Assembly: GCA_000091205.1 (NCBI GenBank)
Contig: AP006491.2
DNA length: 64,000 nt
Origin: Cyanidioschyzon merolae
Taxonomy: Eukaryota
Reading direction: 5' to 3' (one strand)
How positions within the stretch are numbered: the first letter of the stretch is position 1; the number at the start of each line of letters is the position of its first letter. Below are positions 44,594 through 56,525 of the stretch, piece by piece. Under the pieces are notes generated by a model. That model was not told where the DNA came from, searched no databases, and was given only the letters and a program-made list of their open reading frames with translations. The position numbers were made by a program, and so were the translations under genes.

Positions 44594-45485
44594 CTCGCCT
44601 TGTAGAAGCCCGCATCTACCACTTCAGCGCAAAAGGCGCGAAAGTATATGCGCGTGTCGATGCAAGCATGGCGAGCATGCGTGCGCGTGAAACAAACGCA
44701 TCTCTGCGTGCAGTGCGTGCGTGCGTGCGTGCGCGCCAATTCGCCCTCGAAGGGCATGCGGGCCATCGTTTTTCCTCCGCCGATTACATACCTGCGGGTG
44801 GAGCGTTCCTCGCCAGGCGCCCGCCCCGTATTCAGCGAAGCGCCGCTTCCGTCATGACGTCGTTCGCAGGAACTTGAAATCAAAATTCCACGCGGATGTA
44901 TCGAGCAATGATGACGGTTCATAAAAGCGAGTCGTAATATAGATATATCCGCTGCTTGAGCGCTGCAGACGAGCGTATCCGCTGACATCTCTGCGCATTT
45001 CATCAGGTAAAGCAGTGCACCATTACTTTGGAATTGCGCGTGATTCAGAACTTTACAAGAGCCAGTACTCCTTTCGTAAACAAAAAAACGGTGTAGTAAC
45101 GGTTCCACGAGGCGCGTCTTCGTTGCACACCGACATCGTACAAGCCGTAGTCTGCCGCGTGCTTCATTCAAAGCACGATCATGGCCCACGATCAAAACGA
45201 CATACCGTAGACATGGGAGAAAACAGAGCGGAGACTAGCACACTCCCACGGGGGTAGGTCAAGATTGGGGCACAGTAGATGCCATTGCACCGGAACAAGT
45301 CGCATCGATGAAGGCGCGTATATGCGATGCCGCTCGTGCCGCTGCTGCGCCCGACCGCCCCAGTGCTCGGATTGCACCGGTTCCTGAGTGCGGCTCCAAT
45401 GGCCCCGCCAGCGCATCGCGATGAATCTCATGCGGCATGTCGACTTGTGCTGTGTGCTTCTGGCTTGATCAACGCACGCTCCATG

Positions 45486-46487
45486 TCACGTCTCGTTTTG
45501 TCGTTCTTGAAGTACTCGCCGCTTTCTACTACGCGTAAGCATTGTGTTCTGCTCATTATCGGAATCTTCAGGGAAAACCTGTTTGTCGTCGGCGCTCCCC
45601 GGATCAACCAGGGGCTCGTCAGGTGCGTTCGGTATTGCTGGCGCAGCGTGGCGCGCCTTATCCGTTGCTCGAATATGAGCTGGGTTCTTCGCCCGTTCAA
45701 TGCCGATGAACTTGCGGGGTGAGCGTTTATTCGCTCTTCGAGCTTCCGGTACCGCCGCCCAGCTACAGATAGGGCACGCGTCCATATCATGCCTGATCGC
45801 TGGGCAATGCTCACGTCCGAAGAGAATCATGCGCACATGAAGCTCTGCCCAGGAAGACGGATCCGGAAAGACAGCCTTCAGTGTGGACTCGGTCTCCTCG
45901 ACAGACTTGCCGCCGAGGCCCCAGCGCTGCGCTAGTCGGTGTATATGCGTGTCGACGGGAAACGCTGGCTCCCCGAATGCCTGTGATAGCACCACGGACG
46001 CGGTCTTGTGGCCAACCCCCGGGAGCGCCTCCAGCTCCGCAAACGTGCGGGGAACTTGGCCCCCGTGTTCCTCCAGTAGACGTTCAGCTATGCCTACCAG
46101 CGCTCGGGCCTTTCGCGGCGCGAGCCCCAGTGGTCGAATGATCTCGCGAATGCGTTGCTCACCGAGGTGCAAAAGCGCCTGTGGCGTCGGTGCCAACTCG
46201 AAGAGTTTGGGCGTCACGCCGTTGACTTTCAGATCGGTGCACTGGGCGGAGAGCACCACAGCCAGGAGAAGCGTGAACGGGTCTCGGTGTTGAAGCAGTG
46301 TTCGCGGTACTTGAGGATAACAGCGCTCGAGGTTTTCTCGAATTCGGGCTGCTTTCCGTACAAGTGCGGGCGTCGGCGGTTGGAAAGCCAGGAACCGAAA
46401 CATCAGACTTAAGTGTTGCATTCGCGATTCCTCCGGCTTCGCAAGAGGAGCGCGCATAAGCTTCAGAACGCCCAGGGCTTGAAACAT
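45486..46487 (-). CDS. endonuclease III (Nth) base-excision-repair DNA glycosylase
   Basis: The HhH-GPD region reads 'ELEALPGVGHKTASVVLSQAFGEPAFPVDTHIHRL'. The [4Fe-4S] cluster loop is 'CPAIRHDMDACPICSWA'. The track start at 46499 is GTG; the first ATG is at 46487. Confidence 0.85.
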   Translation of the reverse strand: MFQALGVLKLMRAPLAKPEESRMQHLSLMFRFLAFQPPTPALVRKAARIRENLERCYPQVPRTLLQHRDPFTLLLAVVLSAQCTDLKVNGVTPKLFELAPTPQALLHLGEQRIREIIRPLGLAPRKARALVGIAERLLEEHGGQVPRTFAELEALPGVGHKTASVVLSQAFGEPAFPVDTHIHRLAQRWGLGGKSVEETESTLKAVFPDPSSWAELHVRMILFGREHCPAIRHDMDACPICSWAAVPEARRANKRSPRKFIGIERAKNPAHIRATDKARHAAPAIPNAPDEPLVDPGSADDKQVFPEDSDNEQNTMLTRSRKRRVLQERQNET

Positions 46488-46771
46488 CCGAATGCTCACC
46501 CGAAGCGTGCGCTTCAGCTGCGCATCTCTGGGCGTTCACGCGCTCAGGAGACGTTGGCTGGTGCACATCCAGCGACGTCGGGGTGGTAGCGGGCGCCATG
46601 ACGTTGCACGAGGCACTGCAACGGATCTAGAAGATGATGTATATTTATATACTTAATGGACGCAAGGTCGATCCTGTCGCCCTGCATGAAGCGCTTCTGA
46701 GCTAGCTGCGCGTCGCTCTTGATACAGTGAATCACGTGAGACTGGTTTGCTTCTCCAACGCGTATCGATCC
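46488..46771. promoter_or_regulatory. putative bidirectional promoter between divergent Nth and COQ5
   Basis: A 284-bp intergenic interval lies between the first ATGs of the two divergently transcribed genes. No specific motif is identified. Confidence 0.35.
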
Positions 46772-47662
46772 ATGTTTCGGGGTCGGTTTATTCGGGGAGC
46801 CTCCAGCTGGCTCGAGAACTGGAGTGTTGCGAGTGGTGCCCGCAATTTCTGCTCCCACTCGGAACTGCCTATGGAGAAAAGCCGCCTCGTGCAGGGCGTT
46901 TTCAGCTCCGTGGCACCTGCATATGACCTAATGAACGACTGCATGTCACTGGGTCTCCACCGGGTATGGAAAGATCACTTCGTACGACGATTGCGTCCGG
47001 TGAGCGGCATGCGCATCGTAGACGTTGCAGCTGGCACTGGTGATATCGCGTTTCGGATATGGCAACGGGAGCCGCGTGTCTCTCTTACTCTTCTGGATCC
47101 TAACGAGGAAATGCTATCTATAGCACGGAGACGGGCGGCCGCTTTACTCGGCAGGTCGCGTTTTTCAGACAGCGATCATGGCGAGGAGCTCGCTCCCGGG
47201 CCTGCTACCAGCACACGTTCACAGCCAGCGGGTGTCGCGGGCACGATGCGTTTTATCGTCGCTGCTGCAGAGCGACTACCGTTGCCGGACGCTTTATTCG
47301 ACGCCTACACTATATCTTTTGGCATGAGGAACACGTCGGAGCCGCTACGAGCCATGCAGGAATCGTATCGAGTATTGCGGCAGGGTGGTCGTTTCCTGAT
47401 GATGGAATTCGCCCGCGTTCGTGAAACCTTCCCGCTGGTACAGCAGCTCTACGATGCGTATTCCATCAACGTTATACCATGGCTCGGCGAACGGATTGCC
47501 CGAGACCGCCATGCCTACGAATACCTCGTTGAGAGCATTCGGGCGTTTCCCGACCAAGACGAGGTCTGCGCTATGCTGGAACGGAGTGGTTTTCGGGAGG
47601 TCACGTTCGAAGATCTGGGCTTTGGCATGGTGAGCATCTATTCTGGATGGAAATTGGAGTAG
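46772..47662 (+). CDS. COQ5: 2-methoxy-6-polyprenyl-1,4-benzoquinol methylase (COQ5/UbiE family)
   Basis: The SAM-methyltransferase motif 'RIVDVAAGTGDIAF' is present. The UbiE-family signature blocks 'YDLMNDCMSLGLHRVWKD' and 'ISFGMRNT...ESYRVLRQGGRFLMMEF' are also present. The track start at 46727 is GTG; the first ATG at 46772 gives a mitochondrial-presequence-like N-terminus. Confidence 0.85.
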   Translation: MFRGRFIRGASSWLENWSVASGARNFCSHSELPMEKSRLVQGVFSSVAPAYDLMNDCMSLGLHRVWKDHFVRRLRPVSGMRIVDVAAGTGDIAFRIWQREPRVSLTLLDPNEEMLSIARRRAAALLGRSRFSDSDHGEELAPGPATSTRSQPAGVAGTMRFIVAAAERLPLPDALFDAYTISFGMRNTSEPLRAMQESYRVLRQGGRFLMMEFARVRETFPLVQQLYDAYSINVIPWLGERIARDRHAYEYLVESIRAFPDQDEVCAMLERSGFREVTFEDLGFGMVSIYSGWKLE

Positions 47663-48500
47663 CTCCCCAGAGGAATCGGGCCTGTTAGGATCAAGTACAA
47701 GAGCCCAGCACAAGGCACACCATCGGAGTGCTTGAGTGATGTTGGGGTCACGATCGCTGCTGTCTGGCGGGATTTTGCGATCCTCGAGGCAGCGCGTGAA
47801 GCGTTGCTACACAGTACGGTCGGATTGAGCCCATTACATGCAAATCACTGAAGATACACCGCTCAAGGCCTAATACCCAGTGAAGAGACACAGCGGACCT
47901 GAAGAGCGCTGCCAGACGGGTACATTGCATGGAGTAGGGAAACTCGATGGCGCCGTGCTATGCACAAATGCCTCGTTTTGGATACGCTGCCAGATTGCTA
48001 GAATACTACATAGCCACGTCGTGACGGAGCCACACTGTCGCATTGCCATTTCGCCATATTGTTTGCGCGAGGCAGCATGTTCCAAGCTACGCATATACGC
48101 CTGCAGTCGACCAGAGAATTGTTTCTCCATCCCCAGTTGAAATCAGTGATCGGGGCGGCCGTACAATGTCGTGCGGCCCCGACGATACTTCATGGTGGCA
48201 ATAGCGACTCGCACTGCTTAGGATTTGTGCGCACCCGTCTCTGCCGATCAATATAGAGAGCATTTTATGGAACGCAATGCCGACAGAGAGATGCTCGCGT
48301 CGCCGCAAGGAACGTCTCGTCTTTGCGTGCAACATTTCCAGCATCATGGACCGGCACCTGTCGCGGACCTGGGGCTCCGCATGCATATTGGCGTTTCTCG
48401 ACTGAATCTTTTGACAAAGGGCTTCGCTCGCAACATGCTACAATTCATGAAAGCAGCTGCCTTGAGCTCTGGGGCGTCCATGTTGCCTCCGCGGCGATCA

Positions 48501-49025
48501 TCACACAGGAGCGGAACACGTCCCAGCGATGCCCAACGCTTCGTGGACCCGCTGTTCAATTTCAGTCATGATTTTCGACTGCTCTTCCGTTTCATCGCAA
48601 TATCCGAATAGATGGCAAAGACCGTGAACGGCTGTCTTCAGTACATGTACATCAAACATTTCAGAACAACACCCCCGGGAGAGGACGCGTCGATACCGCC
48701 TGTACAGAAACGGCGTCGCGATTACCACAGTTCCCAGATCAGCGACGGTGATACCTCCGCGACTTTGGTCGACATACTGAGGCGGCTTTGCAAAGCCGAA
48801 AGCAAGCACGTCGGTAACCCGGCTTTGTTGGCGATACTTGGCGTTCAGTTTCCGCACGGTGGCGTCGCTCGCGCACCACACGGCGGCGTCCACAGCAGTG
48901 ACGCCGCTCAGCGCAACGGGCAAACCTGGTTGCTTCTCTAGAAAGCGAAGCGCTCTCCCCAAGTTCTCGTATAAATAGTCACGTTTCAACGGAACCGTGC
49001 GTTGGGTAATCCGAAGCAGAAGCAT
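48501..49025 (-). CDS. YbeY-like metalloendoribonuclease (rRNA maturation factor) with altered metal-site third ligand
   Basis: The protein aligns along its length with YbeY ('LNAKYRQQSRVTDVLAF' vs the 'LNxxYRxKDxPTDVLSF' consensus). The metal motif is 'HGLCHLFGYCDETEE', versus the canonical 'HGxLHLxGYDHxxxE'. Confidence 0.6.
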   Translation of the reverse strand: MLLLRITQRTVPLKRDYLYENLGRALRFLEKQPGLPVALSGVTAVDAAVWCASDATVRKLNAKYRQQSRVTDVLAFGFAKPPQYVDQSRGGITVADLGTVVIATPFLYRRYRRVLSRGCCSEMFDVHVLKTAVHGLCHLFGYCDETEEQSKIMTEIEQRVHEALGIAGTCSAPV

Positions 49026-49659
49026 CGATCAGCTCGAGTGCGAGCTGGTTAGCGTCGCTCCGCGCACCAGCGCCTGTGCTCGCGAGTGCTCAGCGACGTG
49101 AACCAAGGACCCGGACGTGCGGCGTAGCGCTCAGCAGACACGTCTGTTGAGCCTGAAAACCCGTGATGCTCCTACAGAGCCGCACAATTTACCTGTTCCC
49201 GAGGTAGGCAACATCCACGGTTCAGCGCATAGTGCAACGCTCGTGCTGCAGCGGCGGTAACGCGTCGCCACGCCCGGTGAGAAACGACGCGCTGTACAGG
49301 GGTGCTTGCCGGGTGTTCGGCGGTGCCCTCGTTGCCGATCATTTCTGCTTACTCCTGGAATGTGATCTTGGCAGCCTCGATGAAACCTATGCAAAATGCG
49401 TGCCTGCTGTCTTTCCGAAGCTTCAGCTGGCGCATGGGTGTCCAGGTCCTGGGCGAACATGCCGTACTTCTTTGCCGACATGGTGCAACTGACGTCACCA
49501 TGGTTTCAACAAGGCATTCCTTAGGATTTAGATCGTGATAGAACGCCTATGCACCGCATGTTGCAGCCTTGTCTCGCGCGTCTGGCACGAGAACCGAGCG
49601 TCTGCGAGGAAACGAGGACAAGGAGCTGACGCCCGTCTAGCGCTGGCTTTTCCCCAGCA

Positions 49660-50388
49660 TCAGTCCAGTCGGACAATGACGTTTGCTTCTCGCAGATGAC
49701 CGACGATATTCGAGTACTGCGCCTGCCAAGCCTCTGGGCTGACGACGTAAGACGCCTCGGGAAGCTCAATGGAACCTTTCAGCTGCAGCTGGATACCATG
49801 TGACGGCTGCAGCCGACTTCGTGGTGGAACCTCTGCTGAACAGTAAAATCCTGGCAAGTCTTGTGTTCCACGTGACTGGCCGCGGACTGATATATGCATA
49901 AAGAGGTTGCTGGCGCCCGATAGCGCGTGCAGCGCCCCGCCACACACCAACCGCAAGCTCTCGAAACGCCAGGTTTTGGTCCAACGCAACTCAGCGTTCC
50001 GCATGGTAAGTTTACCGCCAATGAGACGATCCTTACACGATGAACGGAAGAGGAGTTCGCCTGTGCGCAAGTTCAGATCCAGTCCAAGTTTGTATATTGC
50101 GAAAGAACCAAACAGCCGCTTTCGCACTTTCAGGTAGTGGTCCACACGTCCCTGCTCACCAGCCGCACGAATGATAAAGTGCGGTCGATCAGCTGATCGA
50201 CTGTTTCCTAGCTGATCGTCGACGTTTGTGCTTGCACTTTTCGACGCAAGTTCCGGGAGCGTCTCGGTGCATCTGTCCAATACCTGGGACGTGCGCTCTA
50301 AACCCGGTGCAGGGCGACGACCAGCACCGGGGCGGCTGCTGCGCCGCGGTGTTGGCGCTATGAACGTCCCGGAAGTTTGGGCCGGCAT
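49660..50388 (-). CDS. hypothetical protein
   Basis: A 242-aa ORF with an ATG start and no antisense partner with domain support. No family is recognised. Confidence 0.25.
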   Translation of the reverse strand: MPAQTSGTFIAPTPRRSSRPGAGRRPAPGLERTSQVLDRCTETLPELASKSASTNVDDQLGNSRSADRPHFIIRAAGEQGRVDHYLKVRKRLFGSFAIYKLGLDLNLRTGELLFRSSCKDRLIGGKLTMRNAELRWTKTWRFESLRLVCGGALHALSGASNLFMHISVRGQSRGTQDLPGFYCSAEVPPRSRLQPSHGIQLQLKGSIELPEASYVVSPEAWQAQYSNIVGHLREANVIVRLD

Positions 50389-53300
50389 ATGAAAACGCGA
50401 CTCAAGAGTTCCAGGGACGCATCACCGCTAGCTTCAAGCGCTGACGTGGAGCAAGGATTCAACGGTGCGAGCGTTCGCCACTACACAAACGGCTGTTGTA
50501 CCGCGTGCGCTTGCGTGTTTCGCGGCGCCCTGCACCAGAGCACTGAATTCTGGAACATCTTGAGCAGCATACGCTTTCGTTGGGTTTTCCTCCACGGTAT
50601 TCTACGAATGGAGTGTATCGTGTAGATTGAACGAACGTTGCGGGAAGACTTCATGGAGTCTCAGCTGTCTAGCGAAAAAATGCGTTACTTATGCAGAGAC
50701 GCCACAGGATGTGAAGTTTTCGTACCGTTGCTACGAACCGTGATGAAGAGCCACGAATGGATAAGGTACAATGCTCGGGCTTGTATGCGAGACCGTCGCC
50801 CGCCGAACAAGACTAAATCGATTTCGTCATGAAATGCGAACACTTTGGACGGGAATGACAAGCGTCCGTCGCACTCGAAAAGACTCTGTTCAGGAGCCAT
50901 CGCATACCTGTCTATGAGAAGTCAAAGAGCGGCAAAATGCTGTTCGTAAAGAAACGACAAGCGACGATTCCGACAAGGTCAACTGCATCAGCGATTCAAT
51001 CGAGTAGTCATGTACAAATCGCCGAACAGATAGAATCGATAAACTCCGGATCTCTCGATGAAGCGAGCATCGCGGTTGCCCCTCCCCGCATCCTTCTGAC
51101 ACGCTCGTAGGCGACGTCGCTTTGCATCACTCAAAATGGATCGAGGAGTACGCAGCTGATACTGGCGTTGCGCTGCTCTTCGTGGCAACCTCGTCTCGCT
51201 GGATCAATTCAATCGACGACGTCGTCTCTCGTGTCAAACGCTATTTTCACGCGCACGGATCAATGGACGAGTCGTTCGCAACCGGGTCTCTGCTCTTGCA
51301 AATGTCGTTTTCTAGCTTCACCAGCCCTGAACTGCTGTGCTCCCCATCTGCTCTTGGGCGGGAGGGAGCGAAAGGACCCGCTTCGGTGCGTGGGCGTGGT
51401 CGCCATGGACAAGTTGACGAAAACGTACTTGAGAAATCGTTAAAACCAATAGACATAGAAAAGGCGCGCTTCGGTCCCACGGTCCACCCAGTGTACCAGC
51501 ATCTCAATAAACAAGACGTATACGGAGTATAGCTCCCACATCTATGTCACCCATTCCAGTGAAGGAGATGGTGAAGAAGGAGCTGGCCTCGGCGAGCAAG
51601 TATGAAGATCTCGAACAACTTCGCGAAGTGCATTGGCGAAACCTGTACAAGTTTTTTTGTTTCCCGGAACGATCGAGACTGACGGAATATCTACCTGTTT
51701 GCGCTTTTCGCGAATCTCAGACCTGCGTCGAGCATGGAGACTCATTGGCGACCGTTCAACGGAGACAGAGGGAAGGGATTCGCGGTGAACGGGGATGCTC
51801 GGTTGGAGAAAATCCTCGCCCGCGTCTGTTTCTAAATCAAGCGGACAGAGCCAAATACCTACGCAGAAAGCAGATGAAGTTGCTTAGCTTCTCCAGGCGC
51901 TATGTTATCGAGTATCGGCTATGCAGCACATCGGGAGGCATTCCAGCGAGTGGAATGACGACATCAGGACTCAGGTCAGGGATGTCAGGACCCCATTGAG
52001 TAGAGGCTGATGCGCTCCGGCTTGCATTCACAGAATACATCAGCATTCAACTGGCTCATGCGGACCAAATTGGGCAGGAATGTCTGGGGCAGCGCTGGGA
52101 CAGCGAACGGGTTCGGTTGTGCGAAGGTAAGAAGCGTGCACTCGCCACCGTTTTTAATGAGTTGGAAAAGGACCTAACCGATAAGTCGCATCGTTTGAAG
52201 TTTGCTGCTGACGCAGGGCAAAGTACAGCGCGCAATGGTTACACTCCTGGTCCTCTGGCGCGAGCGTACCAGTTTAGGAATCGGTTCTGGACAGTTGCAT
52301 GAATGAGTTCACGATGGAATACACGCGTCACGAGCACGGGCACTTGGTGAACCTGTTAGACAAGAAGCAGAGCCCGATGCGCGATATGATGTGCGCTAGG
52401 CCGACTGAACATGAGAAGCTTGCCAAGGTGTGATCCTACCAGCAACCATGCGTGGAAGCACTTTCTGCACTGAGACTTGAACGCTTCGATCACCATCCGG
52501 GAATTTCTCGGGCTGTCAAGTGGCTTTATGGTGTGCGAAGCTCCCAGCGAAACCTGTTATACGGATGATAAGCGTTGTGCTGAAATACTGAGGGCTTTGG
52601 ATGAAAAATGAGAGGCTAAGAGCTAGAGAGGATTGAAGGCTGGCCCAAGCACAGCACTGGTAAGCCAAGGTCAGCACTTCAGCGAGGCTGGAGCGTCCTA
52701 CATATGCGCCAGGAGTGGTGTGTCTGGGCAATCTGTGAAGGTTAATGGTTTCCCTTCATTCCATATTACCTGAGGATACCGGACGCACGGCAGCTTGAGC
52801 CTACCCGTGAACGCAGGGCGCATCGGGCTGCGAGGACGTCTCCGCCTCTTGCTCAAGTTTATCAGGTATCGGTGGTTCGATACCCCTCATCGACGGTATC
52901 CAGTATCCCTCTATTCTTCATGTATGTACGTGTGCGTGTCCATTGGTTATCCATGCTTGTTTCGCGGACACAGCGTCGGTGACGCTGCTCCATGGGCTTC
53001 TTGGCGCGGCAGTGCGCACCGAAGACTTGGGCAGTATTGCAACGGGCCGGAGACTCGGCAAAGCCGTGTGATGCGGATGTTGTAAGCCGAGCTGCGGGTT
53101 ACCCGCACTGACGCTCGCTCAAGATCGTTATGAGGTTCGCGACCTCGTTTGCGATGGACAGGGCTGTCCAAGCTCGGAACAAAGACGGGCCCACCGCGTC
53201 GCATGGCATGAGCACGTGGCACTCTCCGGTTTCGACTGTCGTTGGAACGTCGTGAATGCTTCGCCGGTGGTCCAGGGTTGCGCCCAGCGAATACCGTGTC

Positions 53301-54481
53301 GCGCAGTGCCGGGCCAGGAATAGCTCGCTCACGAGTGCTCGTATTGCGATATACGTGCGCAGATTCGAAAGCGAGCGAGAGAGCGCGCTCACTGAGCGCA
53401 AACCGCGAAGCATATGCAAAGCCTTTTCATTTCTGAATGTGAATCGCTTGCAATGCCGCTGGCGGATAGCCACGAGCACCACGTTACGCACCGACAACGG
53501 ATGCAGGGATGCAAGAATCCAATTTCGCTACCAAGAACAAAAATATTTGCAAACTAACCACTAGATAACCGCTTCTTCTCCTCTTTAAGCGTATGAGTTG
53601 AAAGAAGGAAATGTTTTCCTTGTATTCGAAATTTGAACTTCACGGCGGAAGTTCGCAAGACCCTGACGTGTCTGCAAGACTATTGCTCTGCACGCCTTCG
53701 CGGTGGTAGGTGCTGTGGCGAGACCTGAGCAGCTCGTCCCCAATACAGCTTATTCTGGGTTCAGCGACAGTCAGGCTGTGTCCGGGCGTCGAAGCCCTGG
53801 ACGCAAAGGACTCCAGCGCTTCGCACTGTCCCAGGCAGTAGGTCGATCTGCGTAGTTTGCAGGCTTCCAGAGTTATCTTGCATCCCGACCGCGTGCCGAG
53901 CAAACCACGACTCGCACCGACGTCCTCAGTGATATAGCAAAGCAGAGCTGTTCCCGCGCCGCATCCTCATCAGCGGTATAAGCGCTATCGCGGACGATCC
54001 GAGCAGTCACTCGACGTACGATAGAACGTATGAAGCAATCTGAATACCCGAGATTTCGTACCTTTCATGGAACTTGAAGCCGCGGTCCAGCGTGATGGAC
54101 GCTTTCACGTAATTGAATATCCATCCTGCAATCTGGTGTCCATCGTCCACAGAAACGTCGATACCCCGAATGGGAATCATTTCAGGTTTCCGGGCAGCGA
54201 TGTCCGTTTCCGTTGAGTCGATACAGCGCAGCGTGCGCTGCCGTCCATTCGTCAGCGGCGAGCGCCGCCGTCGTGTCGCTGGCGATGCGGTAGGGCGCTT
54301 TTCCAACGTTCGTGCGGAGCGCTGGCGAGCTTGACGTGTCAGCGCTTATCGTGGAGCAGACAAATCCGTCGGACCTCTTGGCAGAGCAGCGCCTCCGGGT
54401 TTGTATTATTTTGTGAACGACTTGTTTCTTTTCTTCAGGACCTCGTGTTGGAACTTGTAACTTGGAAAGCACTGGTGAATT

Positions 54482-55579
54482 ATGGCTTCAACGCTCCATC
54501 CTGACGTTACGTTTCCTTCGGGAACGGTGGTGGCGGAGTACGTCTGGTTGGACGGACGCCTCGGGCTTCGCTCGAAGCCGAGAACGCTCGAGAAGAAATG
54601 GAAGTCTTTTGACGAATTGAAGAAGAACGTTTCGAAATATTTGCCGCGGTGGAACTATGATGGATCATCAACAGATCAGGCACCCGGTACAGACTCCGAG
54701 GTCATTATTTACCCGCAGGCTGTATACAAGGACCCGTTCCGCGGAGGCGATAACATTCTCGTCATGTGCGATATGTACACGCCAGGAGGCGAGCCCATTC
54801 CGACGAACCACCGCTATCAGTGCCAGAAGGTCATGGAGAAAGCAAAGGATCTTGTTCCGTGGTTCGGCATCGAACAGGAGTACTTCATCATGCGCCCAAA
54901 GGATCACAAGCCGATTGGGTTCCCTGAAGATGGCTCTCTGCCGGCGCCGCAGTTCGCGTACTACTGCGGTGTGGGGGCAAGCAACGCGTTTGGCCGCCGC
55001 ATCAGCGACGATCACTACAAGGCGTGCCTGTATGCCGGCATTCAAATCAGCGGCACGAACGGCGAAGTTGCCCCTGGTCAGTGGGAGTTCCAGGTAGGCC
55101 CGTGTGTGGGCATCGACTCTGGCGACCAACTGTGGATGGCGCGTTACATTCTGTCCCGAATTGCCGAGTACTATGGATATGACATTGATCTGTCGCCCAA
55201 ACCGGTGGTCGGTGACTGGAACGGATCCGGAGCGCACACCAATTTCTCGACATTGCCTATGCGCAAATCCGGAGGCATCGAAGAGATCTACAAGGCAATC
55301 GAGCGTCTATCGCTGAAGCACAAGGAACACATCGCTATGTACGGGCAGGGCAATGAGAAACGTCTCACCGGTAAGCACGAGACAGCTTCCATAGAGTCGT
55401 TCTCCTGGGGCAAAGCCAGCCGTGCGGCGAGCGTTCGCGTCGGAAACGCCACCGTCGAGGAAGGCTGTGGCTATTTTGAGGATCGGCGGCCAGCGGCGAA
55501 CATGGATCCCTATCTAGTGACCATGATGCTCGTATCGACCTGCTGTGAGATACCTATTGAGAAAATGCCGACGCCATAA
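54482..55579 (+). CDS. glutamine synthetase, type II (eukaryotic)
   Basis: GSII signature blocks are present: '[11 protein letters not shown]', 'GIEQEYF', 'YYCGVGA', '[15 protein letters not shown]', 'GAHTNFST' and '[12 protein letters not shown]'. The ORF is 365 aa with an ATG start. Confidence 0.92.
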   Translation: MASTLHPDVTFPSGTVVAEYVWLDGRLGLRSKPRTLEKKWKSFDELKKNVSKYLPRWNYDGSSTDQAPGTDSEVIIYPQAVYKDPFRGGDNILVMCDMYTPGGEPIPTNHRYQCQKVMEKAKDLVPWFGIEQEYFIMRPKDHKPIGFPEDGSLPAPQFAYYCGVGASNAFGRRISDDHYKACLYAGIQISGTNGEVAPGQWEFQVGPCVGIDSGDQLWMARYILSRIAEYYGYDIDLSPKPVVGDWNGSGAHTNFSTLPMRKSGGIEEIYKAIERLSLKHKEHIAMYGQGNEKRLTGKHETASIESFSWGKASRAASVRVGNATVEEGCGYFEDRRPAANMDPYLVTMMLVSTCCEIPIEKMPTP

Positions 55580-56525
55580 ATATGCATCAACATGCGGAGC
55601 TTGCACGGAAGGGGGTTTGGAGACTCGCATGGAAGCGGAGGATTGGGCTGAACGTTGGGCGCTGTTCAATATGACGACGGTTTGCTGTTGACGCTTTCGT
55701 CACGTTTGTAACAGTAGACGAACAGAAGGTAACAAATGGAATTGGTAAACGTCTGCATTCGCTCTGAACCAGCCAGGTAATTGGCCAGTCAATGTGTCAG
55801 TCTCCGGGTGGGAGACGGGTCTGCACCGGACGGGCGGAGCCATGGCGAACGCGGACACCACAACGGCGAGCTGCAGCCCGCTGCGACACCGGTGCATTAC
55901 CGTCCATGGTGCAAGGGCGACGCATGGACTCGAGTTCCGCCCCAGGTACGAACACGTTCTACCACCAGTTGAGCGGCTGGTGGTCGTTACAGATCCGGTT
56001 CGCTCCGAAAGCTCCAAAGTTACGCTTCCTGATTCAGGTCGAGCACTGTGCCGTGGGATTTTGTTGGCGATCCGCCGTCGAAGGCGTCCTGTACGGTTGA
56101 GCAGCATCCCTGCACGTATTACACGCAGATGTTACAAACGCTCGTCGCCGCCAAGTGCGCACTTCTTTTGCGAATATCTCGAGAATCATCAGCATTGCTG
56201 GACTGCGAGTACGCGTGGGTACCCAGAGCGTTGGCCTGCTGTGCGCAGCGTATGGGCGCTTTGTCTGCCGGATCCGGAGGTTCCCCGAATACAGCCGATG
56301 GCGATTCGTGCAATTTCGACAAGCCATAACAAATGCCCCGAATTGCGGAATTCTAAATTTACGGAAGCGAGTCTTGGAATGAGGTACCAGCGTGGTCTCC
56401 AGTTACATGCAACCTTATCGACGCAAGCGTGCCAAAATGGTATAAAGAAACATCCATCGTCGATGATCGCGGGTCTCTCACACCGCTTTTCAAATACGAC
56501 AGCGCAATCGCGTCCGCGAATCCAT

